This document shows positions 29,384 to 39,237 of a DNA stretch of 64,000 nt, piece by piece. The notes beneath the pieces are model-generated. The model worked only from the letters and a program-made list of their open reading frames with translations, was not told the origin of the DNA and did no database searches. The DNA lies in the NCBI GenBank assembly GCA_963761305.1, contig CAVXGK010000001.1, positions 1,504,001 through 1,568,000 of the forward strand, written 5' to 3'. The stretch's first letter is position 1. The number at the start of each line of letters is the position of its first letter. Position numbers and translations under genes: made by a program. The DNA is from an uncultured Gemmatimonadaceae bacterium. GTDB taxonomy: Bacteria; Gemmatimonadota; Gemmatimonadetes; Gemmatimonadales; Gemmatimonadaceae.

Positions 29384-30127
29384 ATGCACGGATACAACTT
29401 CACTGAACGCGTCCGCTGGGCCCTCGGCCTCGCCAGAGAGGAAGCGGCGCGGCTGCACCACCCGTACGTGGGGACCGAGCACGTTCTCCTCGGACTTCTC
29501 CGCCAGGATTCCAGCGTCGCGCTCAGCGTGATCGAATCGTTCGGCGTCGCGCCCGGCGAATTGAGAGCGCGAATAGAACAACTCGCCGGACGCGGCCGCG
29601 ACGACTTCGAGGCCCGGACAGACCTGCCGTATGACTCGCGCGCAAAGAAGGCGCTCGAGCTCGCCATGGCGGAGGCGCGGCGTCTCGATCACGCGTACGT
29701 CGGCACCCAGCACCTCTTGCTCGGTCTCATTCGTGAGGAAAACGGCATCGCGGCCGCGGCCCTCGTCGAGTACGGCCTCACCCTCGACGCGACCCGCCAA
29801 CGAACCCTCGAAGTCCTCGACGCAGGCAAGCAGGATGACGATGGAATCCGCGGTCGCGATGCAAGTATCGCCGCGTCGCGCGCATGGGCCAGGAAGCGGG
29901 CTTCGTCCGTGGCCGGATCCGAGTTCGCGTCCCGATCGCTCGCCGCCTCGGTCATCGAAGCCCTGGCCACACACAGCGATGTCGCCGCTGTGTTTTCGGC
30001 TCAAGGAATCGACATCGCGAAGTTGACGGCGGCCCTGCGCGCCGTATCACGACCCGCGCCGCTCGGCGATGCGCCGAGCAGCTCCGCTGGCGACTCGCCG
30101 CCCGAGACGTCGCCGCCAGCCGCCTAG
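29384..30127 (+). CDS. Stand-alone Clp protease N-terminal domain protein 2 (tandem paralog)
   Basis: MHGYNFTERVR...YVGTEHVLLGL and YDSRAKKALE...YVGTQHLLLGL; shares a C-terminal module with copy 1. Confidence 0.9.
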   Translation: MHGYNFTERVRWALGLAREEAARLHHPYVGTEHVLLGLLRQDSSVALSVIESFGVAPGELRARIEQLAGRGRDDFEARTDLPYDSRAKKALELAMAEARRLDHAYVGTQHLLLGLIREENGIAAAALVEYGLTLDATRQRTLEVLDAGKQDDDGIRGRDASIAASRAWARKRASSVAGSEFASRSLAASVIEALATHSDVAAVFSAQGIDIAKLTAALRAVSRPAPLGDAPSSSAGDSPPETSPPAA

Positions 30128-30130
30128 CGA

Positions 30131-31069
30131 CTACTCGAAGTCGAGCGCGAGGTCCATCGACGGCGCGGAATGCGTCAGCCCGCCGATCGAAATCCAGTTC
30201 ACACCGGTCTCGGCGATGCGACGCACTGTGCCGAGCGTGACGCCGCCGGATGCCTCGATGATCGCCGCGCCGTCCACCACGCGCACGCACTCGGCCATCA
30301 CCTCGAGCGGCATGTTGTCGAGCAGCACGATGTCCGCGCCGGCAGCGATCGCGCGCTCCACCTGCTCCAGCCGGTCGCACTCGACCTCGATCCTCACGCC
30401 CTTCGGCGAGAGCTCGCGCGCGCGCTTCACGGCCTTCCCGACGTCGCCGTCGAGCGCGGCGAGGTGGTTGTCCTTGATCAGCACACCGGTCGACAGGTCC
30501 ATCCGATGGTTCGTCCCGCCGCCCGAGCGCACCGCGTACTTCTCGAGCGTGCGCCAGCCGGGGAGCGTTTTTCTCGTGTCGAGGATCTTGGCGCCGGTGC
30601 CCTTCACTTCGTCGACATAGCGCGCGGTGAGCGACGCGATGCCGGAAAGGTGTTGCATGTAATTCAGCGCGACGCGTTCAGCCGAGAGCAGCGCGCGCGC
30701 GTGACCGGTGACGAACAGGATGGGGTCGCCCGGCCGCACGCGCATGCCGTCTTCGTGCTCGACGCGAATGGAGACCTTGCCGTCGAGCAGACGGAACGAC
30801 TCGAGCCCGAGCGGAACGCCACAGACGACGCCGCTTTGACGGGCGACGAGCCGGGCCCGAGAGCGGCGGGTGGAGACGACGGTCGCGATCGTCGTGATGT
30901 CGTTGAACGCGCCGTCCTCGACGAGTGCCGCTTGAACCAGCGCGTCGAGTGCGTCGCGCGTGAGCGGAAAACGGAGCGCGGCGGTGCTATCGAGAGCCGG
31001 CACGGAGAGTGGCGTGATGGTTCGCGGGACTGCCCTGCGTTCACGTTGGGGAAGCTCGGGGGTTTCCAT
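30131..31069 (-). CDS. nadC: Nicotinate-nucleotide pyrophosphorylase (quinolinate phosphoribosyltransferase)
   Basis: ERVALNY, DTRKTLPG, NHRMDL, LIKDNH and EASGG motifs. GGAGG precedes the ATG at 31069. Confidence 0.97.
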   Translation of the reverse strand: METPELPQRERRAVPRTITPLSVPALDSTAALRFPLTRDALDALVQAALVEDGAFNDITTIATVVSTRRSRARLVARQSGVVCGVPLGLESFRLLDGKVSIRVEHEDGMRVRPGDPILFVTGHARALLSAERVALNYMQHLSGIASLTARYVDEVKGTGAKILDTRKTLPGWRTLEKYAVRSGGGTNHRMDLSTGVLIKDNHLAALDGDVGKAVKRARELSPKGVRIEVECDRLEQVERAIAAGADIVLLDNMPLEVMAECVRVVDGAAIIEASGGVTLGTVRRIAETGVNWISIGGLTHSAPSMDLALDFE

Positions 31070-31093
31070 CGGCACACCTCCGCCCATTGTCGC

Positions 31094-32092
31094 TTACTCG
31101 CCTGGATCTACTCCGTTTGCTGCTGGAGACAAGGGCTGCGTCGCGCCGCCTCCGATAGATACCATGCGTTCGATCGCCAATCGCGCCCGGGCAGCCACGT
31201 CCGGGTCGACCGTAATTCGGTGCTGTAGGAACTCTAGTGAATCACGGACCTTGGGAAGTGTCGTGACCTTCATGTAGGCGCACGAGGCCCGCTCGTTGGC
31301 TGCAAAGAAGCGCTTGCTTGGATTCTCGCGACGTAGTCGATGCAAGATTCCGACCTCGGTCGCCACGATGAACTCGTCGGCGTCGGATTTCGCCGGGCGC
31401 TTGATCATCCCCTCGGTCGAGAGAATCTGGACGCCCTGCGGGTCGATGTCACCGGCTGACATCGCCTCGAGCACGCTCGTGGAACAGCCGCACTCGGGGT
31501 GAATGAGGAACTCGGCTTCGGGGTGCAGGCTGCGCTGCAATCGAATGTTCTCGGGGTCGATGCCGGCGTGGACGTGACACTCGCCCATCCACACGTGCAT
31601 GTTTTCGCGACCCGTGCTTCGACGCACGTGCGCGCCGAGGAACATGTCGGGCAGGAAGAGAATTTCCTGGTGGGCGGGAATCGAGTTCACGACCTCGACC
31701 GCGTTGCCCGACGTGCAGCAGTAGTCGCTCTCGGCCTTCACCTCGGCCGACGTGTTGACGTAGGAGACGACGACGGCGCCCGGATACTCCGACTTCCACG
31801 TACGAAGCGCGGCGGCGTCGATCGTCGACGCGAGCGAGCAGCCGGCGGCGAGATCCGGCAGGAGCACTTTTTTTTGCGGCGACAGGATGGCGGCCGTCTC
31901 CGCCATGAAGTGCACGCCGCAGAACACGATCACGTCGGCGTCGGTCTTGGCGGCTTCGCGCGACAGACCCAGCGAGTCGCCGACGAAATCGGCGATGTCC
32001 TGCACCTCGGCCCGCTCGTAGTTGTGGGCCAGGATGACGGCGTTGCGGTCGCGGGCGAGACCCTTGATCTCGGCGCTTAGGGCGTCATGCAT
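31094..32092 (-). CDS. nadA: Quinolinate synthase
   Basis: ILAHNY, GDSLGL, FCGVHFMAETA, YVNTSA, CHVH, HPEC and CAYMK. Confidence 0.97.
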   Translation of the reverse strand: MHDALSAEIKGLARDRNAVILAHNYERAEVQDIADFVGDSLGLSREAAKTDADVIVFCGVHFMAETAAILSPQKKVLLPDLAAGCSLASTIDAAALRTWKSEYPGAVVVSYVNTSAEVKAESDYCCTSGNAVEVVNSIPAHQEILFLPDMFLGAHVRRSTGRENMHVWMGECHVHAGIDPENIRLQRSLHPEAEFLIHPECGCSTSVLEAMSAGDIDPQGVQILSTEGMIKRPAKSDADEFIVATEVGILHRLRRENPSKRFFAANERASCAYMKVTTLPKVRDSLEFLQHRITVDPDVAARARLAIERMVSIGGGATQPLSPAANGVDPGE

Positions 32093-32141
32093 CCGAGAAA
32101 GATATGAGCTTCAGCGGAGCGTGGACTGATGGGGATCGCGT

Positions 32142-32969
32142 CTATCGCTCGCGCGTCCAGAGCAGCAGCACACCACACGGGTTGTTCATCTGGCTGATCC
32201 ACGCCGGATAAGTCGCGGGACCGGCATAAAACTCGACTCCGGCGTACGCGTCGACCTGGAGCCTGTCGAAATCGGGAGGCGGCATCTTCCCGCCCGTTTG
32301 ATAGAGAAGCACTCCGTTCTCGTAGACCGAGGCATTGCAGTTCAAGCCGGGCTTGGCGGACCGCAAGACGGGGCCGCTCGACGACGTCCTGGTCGAAACG
32401 AATCGACCGTCCCTGAGCGTGCCTCCCGGCAAGCGTCGGAGAGCAATCGACAGAGGATCGGCGTCCATCTTTCGAAGCGTGGAATCGTCGATGAAATAGC
32501 CGCCGCGTCCCGCATGCATGCGTTCTTCGAACCCGTTCAATGCGGGCGAGATGTAGCGGCGCGCCGAGTCCTTGGTGATCACCGCCGGCAGCTCCTGCGC
32601 GTTTCGCTTCATCACGACGGTGATCGGGATCGTGTCGATCGGCGAGATCGTGACGTTCATCGTGAGCGGGGTGAATCCGAGCTTGCGGAGGCGCAGCAGC
32701 GACACGCCGTCGGGCAGGAAGAAAAGCGGCAGCGTGCCCGCCCTCGTGGTCAGCGCCGTGGTACCCGACGCGACGTCCATCACCTCCACTCCGTCGATCG
32801 GATCGCCGCTCTGCTCGTCGAACGTCCCGAGCAGTCGGAGCTTGTAGCGCGCGATCGGCGCCGACGGCTGTTTCGAGGTCGCAGAATCCTGCGCGCTCGC
32901 GGCGGTTGCCGCCAGCAAGGCCACCGCGGCGCTCCATCGCCACAAACGTGCGGCAACGACGTTCCTCAT
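32142..32969 (-). CDS. Secreted hypothetical protein (carboxypeptidase-regulatory-like N-domain plus plug-like C-domain)
   Basis: Signal peptide; LRLRKLGF, GFEER...GYFI and GVEFYAG..PA...CGVLLLWTR pattern. Confidence 0.65.
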   Translation of the reverse strand: MRNVVAARLWRWSAAVALLAATAASAQDSATSKQPSAPIARYKLRLLGTFDEQSGDPIDGVEVMDVASGTTALTTRAGTLPLFFLPDGVSLLRLRKLGFTPLTMNVTISPIDTIPITVVMKRNAQELPAVITKDSARRYISPALNGFEERMHAGRGGYFIDDSTLRKMDADPLSIALRRLPGGTLRDGRFVSTRTSSSGPVLRSAKPGLNCNASVYENGVLLYQTGGKMPPPDFDRLQVDAYAGVEFYAGPATYPAWISQMNNPCGVLLLWTRER

Positions 32970-32978
32970 GCGAGAACG

Positions 32979-34487
32979 CTACAACTCGATGTGCCGCCCC
33001 CGCCAGCTCGTCTTCGCGCGCGGGTAGTCCACGCGGTAGTGCCCGCCGCGAGACTCGCGCCGCCGCACAGCCGCTTCAGCCACGAGATGCGCCGTCTGCA
33101 GCATGTTCGCCTCCTCGGTCGCGCCGACTGGAAGTCGCGCGCCGATCTCGTCGAGCCGCTCTATCGCTTCGCGCAGCCCGCGCGCCGTGCGCACGATGCC
33201 GGCGAAGTACCACATCACCATCCGAATCGAATCCGCGCCCACCTGCGCCGCGCCGCGATCGGTGAGACGCGGCACGTTCCACGTCTTCTTGGGCGGCAGC
33301 GCGGTGAGGCGCGGGTTCTCCGACAGATCCCGCGCCACGCGCTCGGCGAACACGAGACCCTCGAGCAGCGAGTTCGACGCGAGACGATTCGCGCCGTGCA
33401 CACCCGTGCGCGCCACCTCGCCGACCGCGTACAACCGCTTGGCACTCGACTGCCCGCGTAGATCGGTGACGATGCCGCCCATCATATAGTGTGCGGCCGG
33501 CGTCACCGGGATGAGATCCTTTCGCGGATCGATGCCGCGCGCCGAGCACAGCGCGAAGATCCCCGGAAATCGCTTGGCAAACCGCGGACCCAAACGCCGA
33601 GCGTCGAGCGACACGGGGCCGAGCCGCTGCTCGCGGAAGATCGCGCGCGCCACGACGTCGCGCGGCGCCAGCTCGGCGAGCGGATGCACGCGCCGCATGA
33701 ATCGCACGCCGCGCGCGTTGACGAGAATCGCTCCCTCGCCGCGCACCGCCTCCGACACGAGCGCGAGCGGATTCTCCGGGGTCGCCAGCGCCGTCGGATG
33801 AAACTGAACGAACTCCATGTCGGCGAGCGTCACGCCGGCGCGGTGCGCGATCGCGTAGCCGTCGCCCGTCGCCACAACGGGATTTGTAGTATACCTATAA
33901 ATCTGGCCGCAGCCGCCCGTCGCCAGTACCGTCGCGTCGGCGATGATGTCCGTCGCGCGACCCTTCACGCTGGCGCGCACGCCGACGCACGCGCCGCGCC
34001 ACATGATCAGCTCGAGCACGCGCGTCTTCTCGAGCACGCGGATCTGTTTCGCGGCGCGCACGCGCGCGATGAGTGTGCGCGCGACCTCGGCACCGGTCTG
34101 GTCGCCGTGCGCGTGCACGATGCGGTTCTTCGAGTGCGCCGCCTCGCGGCCGAGCGACAGCCGCCCGTGCGGATCGAGATCGAAATGCGCGCCGGCCGTC
34201 TGCAGCTCGCGCACGCGGGCCGGCCCTTCCTCGACGAGCACTTCGACCGCCGCCGCGTCGCACAACGCGGCGCCGGCGGCGAGCGTGTCCTGCCGATGCA
34301 GCGCCGGCGAGTCGCCCGCGCCGAGCGCCGCGGCGATGCCGCCTTGCGCGTACGCGGTGGCGCTGTCGAAGAGCGACTGTTTCGTCGCCAGAATGACGTC
34401 GCCGCGCTCCGACGCGCGCCACGCCGTGTGCAGCCCCGCCACGCCGCTGCCGATGACGAGAAAGCGGGTGCGAATGCGATCGGTCAT
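32979..34487 (-). CDS. nadB: L-aspartate oxidase
   Basis: GSGVAGL, AQGGIAA, REAAHS, EFVQFHPT, AHYMMGG and GVHGANRLASNSLLE. Confidence 0.97.
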   Translation of the reverse strand: MTDRIRTRFLVIGSGVAGLHTAWRASERGDVILATKQSLFDSATAYAQGGIAAALGAGDSPALHRQDTLAAGAALCDAAAVEVLVEEGPARVRELQTAGAHFDLDPHGRLSLGREAAHSKNRIVHAHGDQTGAEVARTLIARVRAAKQIRVLEKTRVLELIMWRGACVGVRASVKGRATDIIADATVLATGGCGQIYRYTTNPVVATGDGYAIAHRAGVTLADMEFVQFHPTALATPENPLALVSEAVRGEGAILVNARGVRFMRRVHPLAELAPRDVVARAIFREQRLGPVSLDARRLGPRFAKRFPGIFALCSARGIDPRKDLIPVTPAAHYMMGGIVTDLRGQSSAKRLYAVGEVARTGVHGANRLASNSLLEGLVFAERVARDLSENPRLTALPPKKTWNVPRLTDRGAAQVGADSIRMVMWYFAGIVRTARGLREAIERLDEIGARLPVGATEEANMLQTAHLVAEAAVRRRESRGGHYRVDYPRAKTSWRGRHIEL

Positions 34488-34550
34488 GAGGCGTGAAAGC
34501 TATCAGCCATCGGCCTTGCCGCGCCCGCGTACCATGGGACAGGTTTGCGC

Positions 34551-35588
34551 ATGCGAAAGTTGATGATCCTCGTGGGCGCGCTCCTCGCTGCCCACGTGGT
34601 GCTTCTATTCGTTCGTCCCGCAGCCGTCGGACACGCCGCCTCCGCCGATGCCGTCAAAGTCGGCATCGTGCTCGACGTCGGCGGTTTGGGCGACAAGTCG
34701 TTCAACGACGGCGCCTATCACGGCGCCCAACTCGCCGAGCAGAAGCTCGGCGCAACGATCCGGCTCATCGAGCCCGGCGAAGCCACGGATCGCGAGGCCG
34801 GGCTCCGCGTTCTCGCCGCCGAGCACATGGATCTCGTGATCGGCGTCGGCTTCATCTTCACCGACGACATCACGCAGCTCGCCGAGGAATATCCGAACAC
34901 GAACTTCGCCGACGTCGACTACGCGCTGTCGACGGACAAGGAAGGGCGCCTGATTCCGCCGCCCCCCAACGTCGCGGCGCTCAAGTTCAAGGAAGAAGAG
35001 GGCTCGTTCCTCGTCGGCGCGATCGCGGCGATGGTCGGAAACTCGAAGAAGGTCGGCTTCGTCGGTGGCATGGACGTGCCGCTCATCCAGAAATTCGAGG
35101 CGGGCTACAAGGCCGGCGTGAAGAGCGTCTGCGCGGACTGCGAGGTCATCGTGCAGTACGCGGGCGTCACGCCCGAGGCCTTTCGCAACCCCGGCAAGGG
35201 AAAAGAGCTCGCGCTCAACCAATACCAACAAGGCGTGAACGTCATCTATCACGCATCCGGATCCACGGGACTCGGCGTGTTCGAGGCCGCGCGACAGACG
35301 GGAAAGTACGCGATCGGCGTGGACGCGGACCAGTACAGCGAAGCGCCAGGGCGAATCGTTACCTCCATGGTCAAAGGCATCGACGTCGCGGTCTTCGACA
35401 TGATCAATCGCGTGAAGCACGGCACGTTCAAGGGCGGCGTCTACACCTACGGGCTCCCGGAGAACGGCGTGGGATACGTCTACGACGAGCACAATCGCGC
35501 GCTCATCCCCGACAGCGTGCGCGCGCGGGTCGAACGACTCAAAGCCGAGATCATCGCCGGGCGCATCGTCGTGCCGAGCACGAGGTGA
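34551..35588 (+). CDS. BMP family ABC transporter substrate-binding protein (nucleoside type)
   Basis: GGLGDKSFND, FKEEEGSFLVG, AIGVDADQ and TSMVK. Confidence 0.93.
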   Translation: MRKLMILVGALLAAHVVLLFVRPAAVGHAASADAVKVGIVLDVGGLGDKSFNDGAYHGAQLAEQKLGATIRLIEPGEATDREAGLRVLAAEHMDLVIGVGFIFTDDITQLAEEYPNTNFADVDYALSTDKEGRLIPPPPNVAALKFKEEEGSFLVGAIAAMVGNSKKVGFVGGMDVPLIQKFEAGYKAGVKSVCADCEVIVQYAGVTPEAFRNPGKGKELALNQYQQGVNVIYHASGSTGLGVFEAARQTGKYAIGVDADQYSEAPGRIVTSMVKGIDVAVFDMINRVKHGTFKGGVYTYGLPENGVGYVYDEHNRALIPDSVRARVERLKAEIIAGRIVVPSTR

Positions 35589-35590
35589 GC

Positions 35591-37165
35591 ATGGCGGAGC
35601 CGACGCGGTCTCCCGCCGTCAAACTCACCGACATCCATAAATCGTTCGGCCCCGTGCTCGCGAATCGCGGCGCGTCGCTCGAGGTCGCGCGCGGCGAGAT
35701 CCACGCGCTTGTCGGCGAGAATGGAGCCGGCAAGTCGACGCTCATGCGCGTGCTCAGCGGGATGTACTCGTTCGATGCCGGCCGGATGGAAGTAAACGGT
35801 CGCGACGTCACCGGCTGGTCCACCGCCGACGCCATCGCCGCCGGACTCGGCATGGTGCACCAACACTTCATGCTCGTGCCCACGCTCACCGTCGCCGAGA
35901 ACATGATGCTCGGCCGTGAACGCACGAGGGGCGGGCGGCTCGATCTTGCGCGCGCCGAGCGGGAAGTCGCCGAGTTGAGCGCCACGACCGGACTGGCCGT
36001 ACGGCCGAAGGCGATCGTCGCCGATCTGTCGGTCGGCGAAGCGCAGCGTGTGGAGATTCTCAAGACGTTGTACCGCGGCGCGACGACGCTCGTGCTCGAC
36101 GAACCGACGGCCGTGCTCTCGCCGCCGGAGATCGACGAGCTGTGGACCGTCTTGCGCGGGATGCGCTCGCGCGGCGGAACGATCGTTCTCATCACGCACA
36201 AGCTCGACGAAGTGATGGCGATCTCCGATTCGATCACCGTCATGCGGCTCGGCCGCACCGTCGACCGCCTGCGCACGGCGAACACGAGTCCAGCCGAGAT
36301 CGCGAAGGCGATGGTCGGCCGCGACGTCCGCCTGGCCATGGAGTTCGTCGTCGACGAGCAGGGCGGCGCGCCGGACGGCGTGATGGGAAAGAAATCGCCG
36401 CTGCCGGCCACGCCGCTCCTCGAGATCCACGACCTCACCGTCGACGACGCACGGCGTCTCACCGCGGTGCACGGCGTCACGTTTTCCGTCGAGCCGGGCG
36501 AGATCCTCGGCATCGCGGGCGTCGAAGGCAACGGACAAACCGAGTTGATCGAAGCGATCGCCGGCTTGCGACCGGCGCGCGGCGGGACCGTGAACGTCGC
36601 CGGCCGCGACGTGACGCACGCGTCGGTGAAGACGCGCGGCGACGCTGGGCTGTCGCACATTCCGGAGGACCGTCACGCGCGCGGACTCGTGCTCGACTAC
36701 AGCGTGGCCGAGAATCTCATTCTCGGCCAGCAGCACCACTTCACGCGTGGCATGCGCCTGGATCAGGACGAGATTCGCGCCAACGCGGCGAAGCAGATCG
36801 AAGCGTTCGACATCCGCCCCGCCGATCCCGCCCGCGCCGTGCGCGCGCTGTCGGGTGGCAACCAGCAGAAGGTCGTCATCGCGCGCGAAATGCAGCGCAC
36901 GTTTCAGGTGCTGCTCGCCGCGCAACCGACGCGCGGCGTGGACGTCGGCGCGATCGAGCTGATTCACGGACGCTTGCGCGAAGCGCGCGACTCGGGCAAA
37001 GCGATTCTCCTCGTCTCGGCTGACCTGGCGGAGATTCTCGCGCTCTCCGATCGCATCGCGGTGATGTACGGCGGCCGGTTCGCCGCGGTGATGCCGCGTG
37101 CCGAAGCGAACGTGGACGTGCTCGGCCGGCACATGACGGGCGCCGCCGGCGCCAGCGCCGCGTGA
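35591..37165 (+). CDS. ABC transporter ATP-binding protein (CUT2/nucleoside, two NBDs)
   Basis: GENGAGKST, VHQHFMLV, LDEPT, LSGGNQQK and QPTRGVD. ATG is 2 nt after the BMP stop. Confidence 0.95.
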   Translation: MAEPTRSPAVKLTDIHKSFGPVLANRGASLEVARGEIHALVGENGAGKSTLMRVLSGMYSFDAGRMEVNGRDVTGWSTADAIAAGLGMVHQHFMLVPTLTVAENMMLGRERTRGGRLDLARAEREVAELSATTGLAVRPKAIVADLSVGEAQRVEILKTLYRGATTLVLDEPTAVLSPPEIDELWTVLRGMRSRGGTIVLITHKLDEVMAISDSITVMRLGRTVDRLRTANTSPAEIAKAMVGRDVRLAMEFVVDEQGGAPDGVMGKKSPLPATPLLEIHDLTVDDARRLTAVHGVTFSVEPGEILGIAGVEGNGQTELIEAIAGLRPARGGTVNVAGRDVTHASVKTRGDAGLSHIPEDRHARGLVLDYSVAENLILGQQHHFTRGMRLDQDEIRANAAKQIEAFDIRPADPARAVRALSGGNQQKVVIAREMQRTFQVLLAAQPTRGVDVGAIELIHGRLREARDSGKAILLVSADLAEILALSDRIAVMYGGRFAAVMPRAEANVDVLGRHMTGAAGASAA

Positions 37166-38292
37166 CGGCCATGCGAACGACGGGGCGACCAACGCTGCGC
37201 GCGAACATCGAAGAAGCCGTGCTTCCCGCCGTCGTGGCGCTGCTCGTCGCCGCCGTCGTCGGCGATGCGTTGATCCTGATGTTCGGTCAGAACCCGGGCA
37301 CTGTGTATCGCTTGCTGTTCGAGGGCACGTGGGGCAACGCGTACGGCCTCGGCCAGGTGCTGTACAAGACGACGACGCTCACGTTCACCGGACTCGCCGT
37401 CGCGATGGGACTGCGCGCCGGCTTGTTCAACATCGGCGCCGAGAGCCAGCTCGCTGCGGGCGGATTCGCCGCGGCGCTCGTCGGACTCATGCTCCCGGCA
37501 GGGCTCCCGGCGGTCGCGACGCTGCCGGTGTACATCGTGGCGGCGGCGCTCGGCGGCGGCGCCGTCGGTGCTCTTCCCGGCGCACTCAAAGCGAAATTCG
37601 GCGCGCACGAAGTGATCACGACGATCATGCTCAACTTCATCGTCCTCGCGCTGCTGAACTATCTCACGGTCTCGTACTTCAAGGTCGAAGGCACGCTGCA
37701 CACGGCGGAGATTCACGCCGGCGCGCTGCCGCGACTCTCGCAGTTCGTGTCCGCGTTCCACGGCTCGGCGGCCAACGTCGTGCTCTTTCTGGCGATCGCC
37801 GCCGCGCTGGTCGCGTGGTGGTTTCTCTTCCGCACGCGCGCCGGATTCGAGCTGCGCGCGACCGGCCTCCAACCCCGCGCCGCCGAGTACGGCGCGGTGA
37901 GGGTGACGAGCGTCTGGTGGCGGGCGATGTCCATTTCCGGCGCCATCGCCGGGATCGGCGGACTCAATTTCGTGCTGGGTTACAAACACTACTATGAGGA
38001 ATCTTTCGCGTCCGGCGCCGGATTCCTCGGCATTGCCGTGGCTATCGTGGGGCGCAACGATCCCATCGGCGTCATTCTGGCCGCCATCGTGTTCGCGACG
38101 ATCTCGCAGGGCGGCTTGGCGGTGAACGCGGTCGTTCCCAAGGAGATCGTCGACGTGCTGCAGGCCGTCGTCATCATTGCCGTCGCCGCGTCGGTGCCGG
38201 GTGTTCGCGCCGCGTTGCGCAAGGCGCGCGCGTCGGCCGGCCATGCGCCGGCGACGACGGTCGCCGCCGCGCAGGAAGGAGTGACGGCGTGA
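37162..38292 (+). CDS. Nucleoside ABC transporter permease 1
   Basis: GLFNIGAESQ, HEVITTIMLN and GFELRATG; hydrophobic. Confidence 0.93.
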   Translation: MTAMRTTGRPTLRANIEEAVLPAVVALLVAAVVGDALILMFGQNPGTVYRLLFEGTWGNAYGLGQVLYKTTTLTFTGLAVAMGLRAGLFNIGAESQLAAGGFAAALVGLMLPAGLPAVATLPVYIVAAALGGGAVGALPGALKAKFGAHEVITTIMLNFIVLALLNYLTVSYFKVEGTLHTAEIHAGALPRLSQFVSAFHGSAANVVLFLAIAAALVAWWFLFRTRAGFELRATGLQPRAAEYGAVRVTSVWWRAMSISGAIAGIGGLNFVLGYKHYYEESFASGAGFLGIAVAIVGRNDPIGVILAAIVFATISQGGLAVNAVVPKEIVDVLQAVVIIAVAASVPGVRAALRKARASAGHAPATTVAAAQEGVTA

Positions 38293-39170
38293 TCCTGCTG
38301 GCCTTCCTCGTCCAGACGCTGCGGATCGCGATTCCGTATCTGTTCGCGGCGAGCGGTGGCGTCGTATCGGAGCGCGCCGGCCTCATCGGACTCGGCCTCG
38401 AGGGCTACATGCTCGGCGGTGCGTTCTGCGCCGCGCTGGCGAGCTACTACAGCGGCAGTCCGTGGATCGGGTTGCTCGGCGCGCTCGCCGGTGGAGGAGC
38501 GCTCGCGCTGCTCTACGCGGTGACCGCCATTCGCTACCGCGCCGATCAGGTCGTCGTCGGGATCGCGGTGAACCTGCTCGTCATCGGCGCGACTCGATTC
38601 TTTCTGCGGCTCGCCTTCCATAGTTCGGCCAACTCGCCGCGTGTGCCCGGCTTCGGCGCCGAGCAGTCGGGCACCGGACTCGCGTCGCTCGTGGCGAACC
38701 CGCTGGTGCCGATCGGCGTGATCACGGTCGCATTCACCGCATGGCTTCTCTATCGAACGCCGTTCGGACTGCGTGTGCGCGCGGTCGGAGAGCATCCGGC
38801 CGCCGCGATTTCGGTCGGCGTGCCGGTGGGGCGCGTGCGATACACGGCGGCTGCACTCTCCGGGATGCTCGCCGCGCTCGGCGGCGCGTATCTGTCGCTC
38901 GACCAGCATCAGTTCAGCGCGGAGATGACGGCGGGTCGCGGGTTCATCGCCCTGGCGGCGACGATCTTTGGCCGTTGGGATCCACTACGCGCCGCGCTTG
39001 CTTGCCTGTTGTTCGCCGCCGCGGAGACGCTTCAGATCCAGTTGCAAGGGTCGCAGGCGATTCCGTCGCAATTCGTCGAGATGATTCCGTACGCGCTCAC
39101 CATCATCGCGCTGGCGGGCGTCGTCGGGCGGGCTGTTCCGCCCGCGGCACTCGGCCGGGTTGCCGAGTAG
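38289..39170 (+). CDS. Nucleoside ABC transporter permease 2
   Basis: SERAG..LEG, DQVVVG, GLRVRAVGEHP and GRGFIALAA. Confidence 0.93.
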   Translation: MILLAFLVQTLRIAIPYLFAASGGVVSERAGLIGLGLEGYMLGGAFCAALASYYSGSPWIGLLGALAGGGALALLYAVTAIRYRADQVVVGIAVNLLVIGATRFFLRLAFHSSANSPRVPGFGAEQSGTGLASLVANPLVPIGVITVAFTAWLLYRTPFGLRVRAVGEHPAAAISVGVPVGRVRYTAAALSGMLAALGGAYLSLDQHQFSAEMTAGRGFIALAATIFGRWDPLRAALACLLFAAAETLQIQLQGSQAIPSQFVEMIPYALTIIALAGVVGRAVPPAALGRVAE

Positions 39171-39237
39171 GCCGTTCCACCGTTTGGATTTGATCAGGGG
39201 CGTTGCCAGTCCGGTTGGCGCGCTCGCTATTTAGGCT

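Noticed and set aside
34493..35590. N-terminal extension of the 890-aa ABC ATPase ORF (likewise the extensions of the zwf, tamB and MarR ORFs)
   Set aside because: These extensions overlap upstream genes out of frame or lack protein-like composition; better starts lie downstream, usually next to the previous stop codon.
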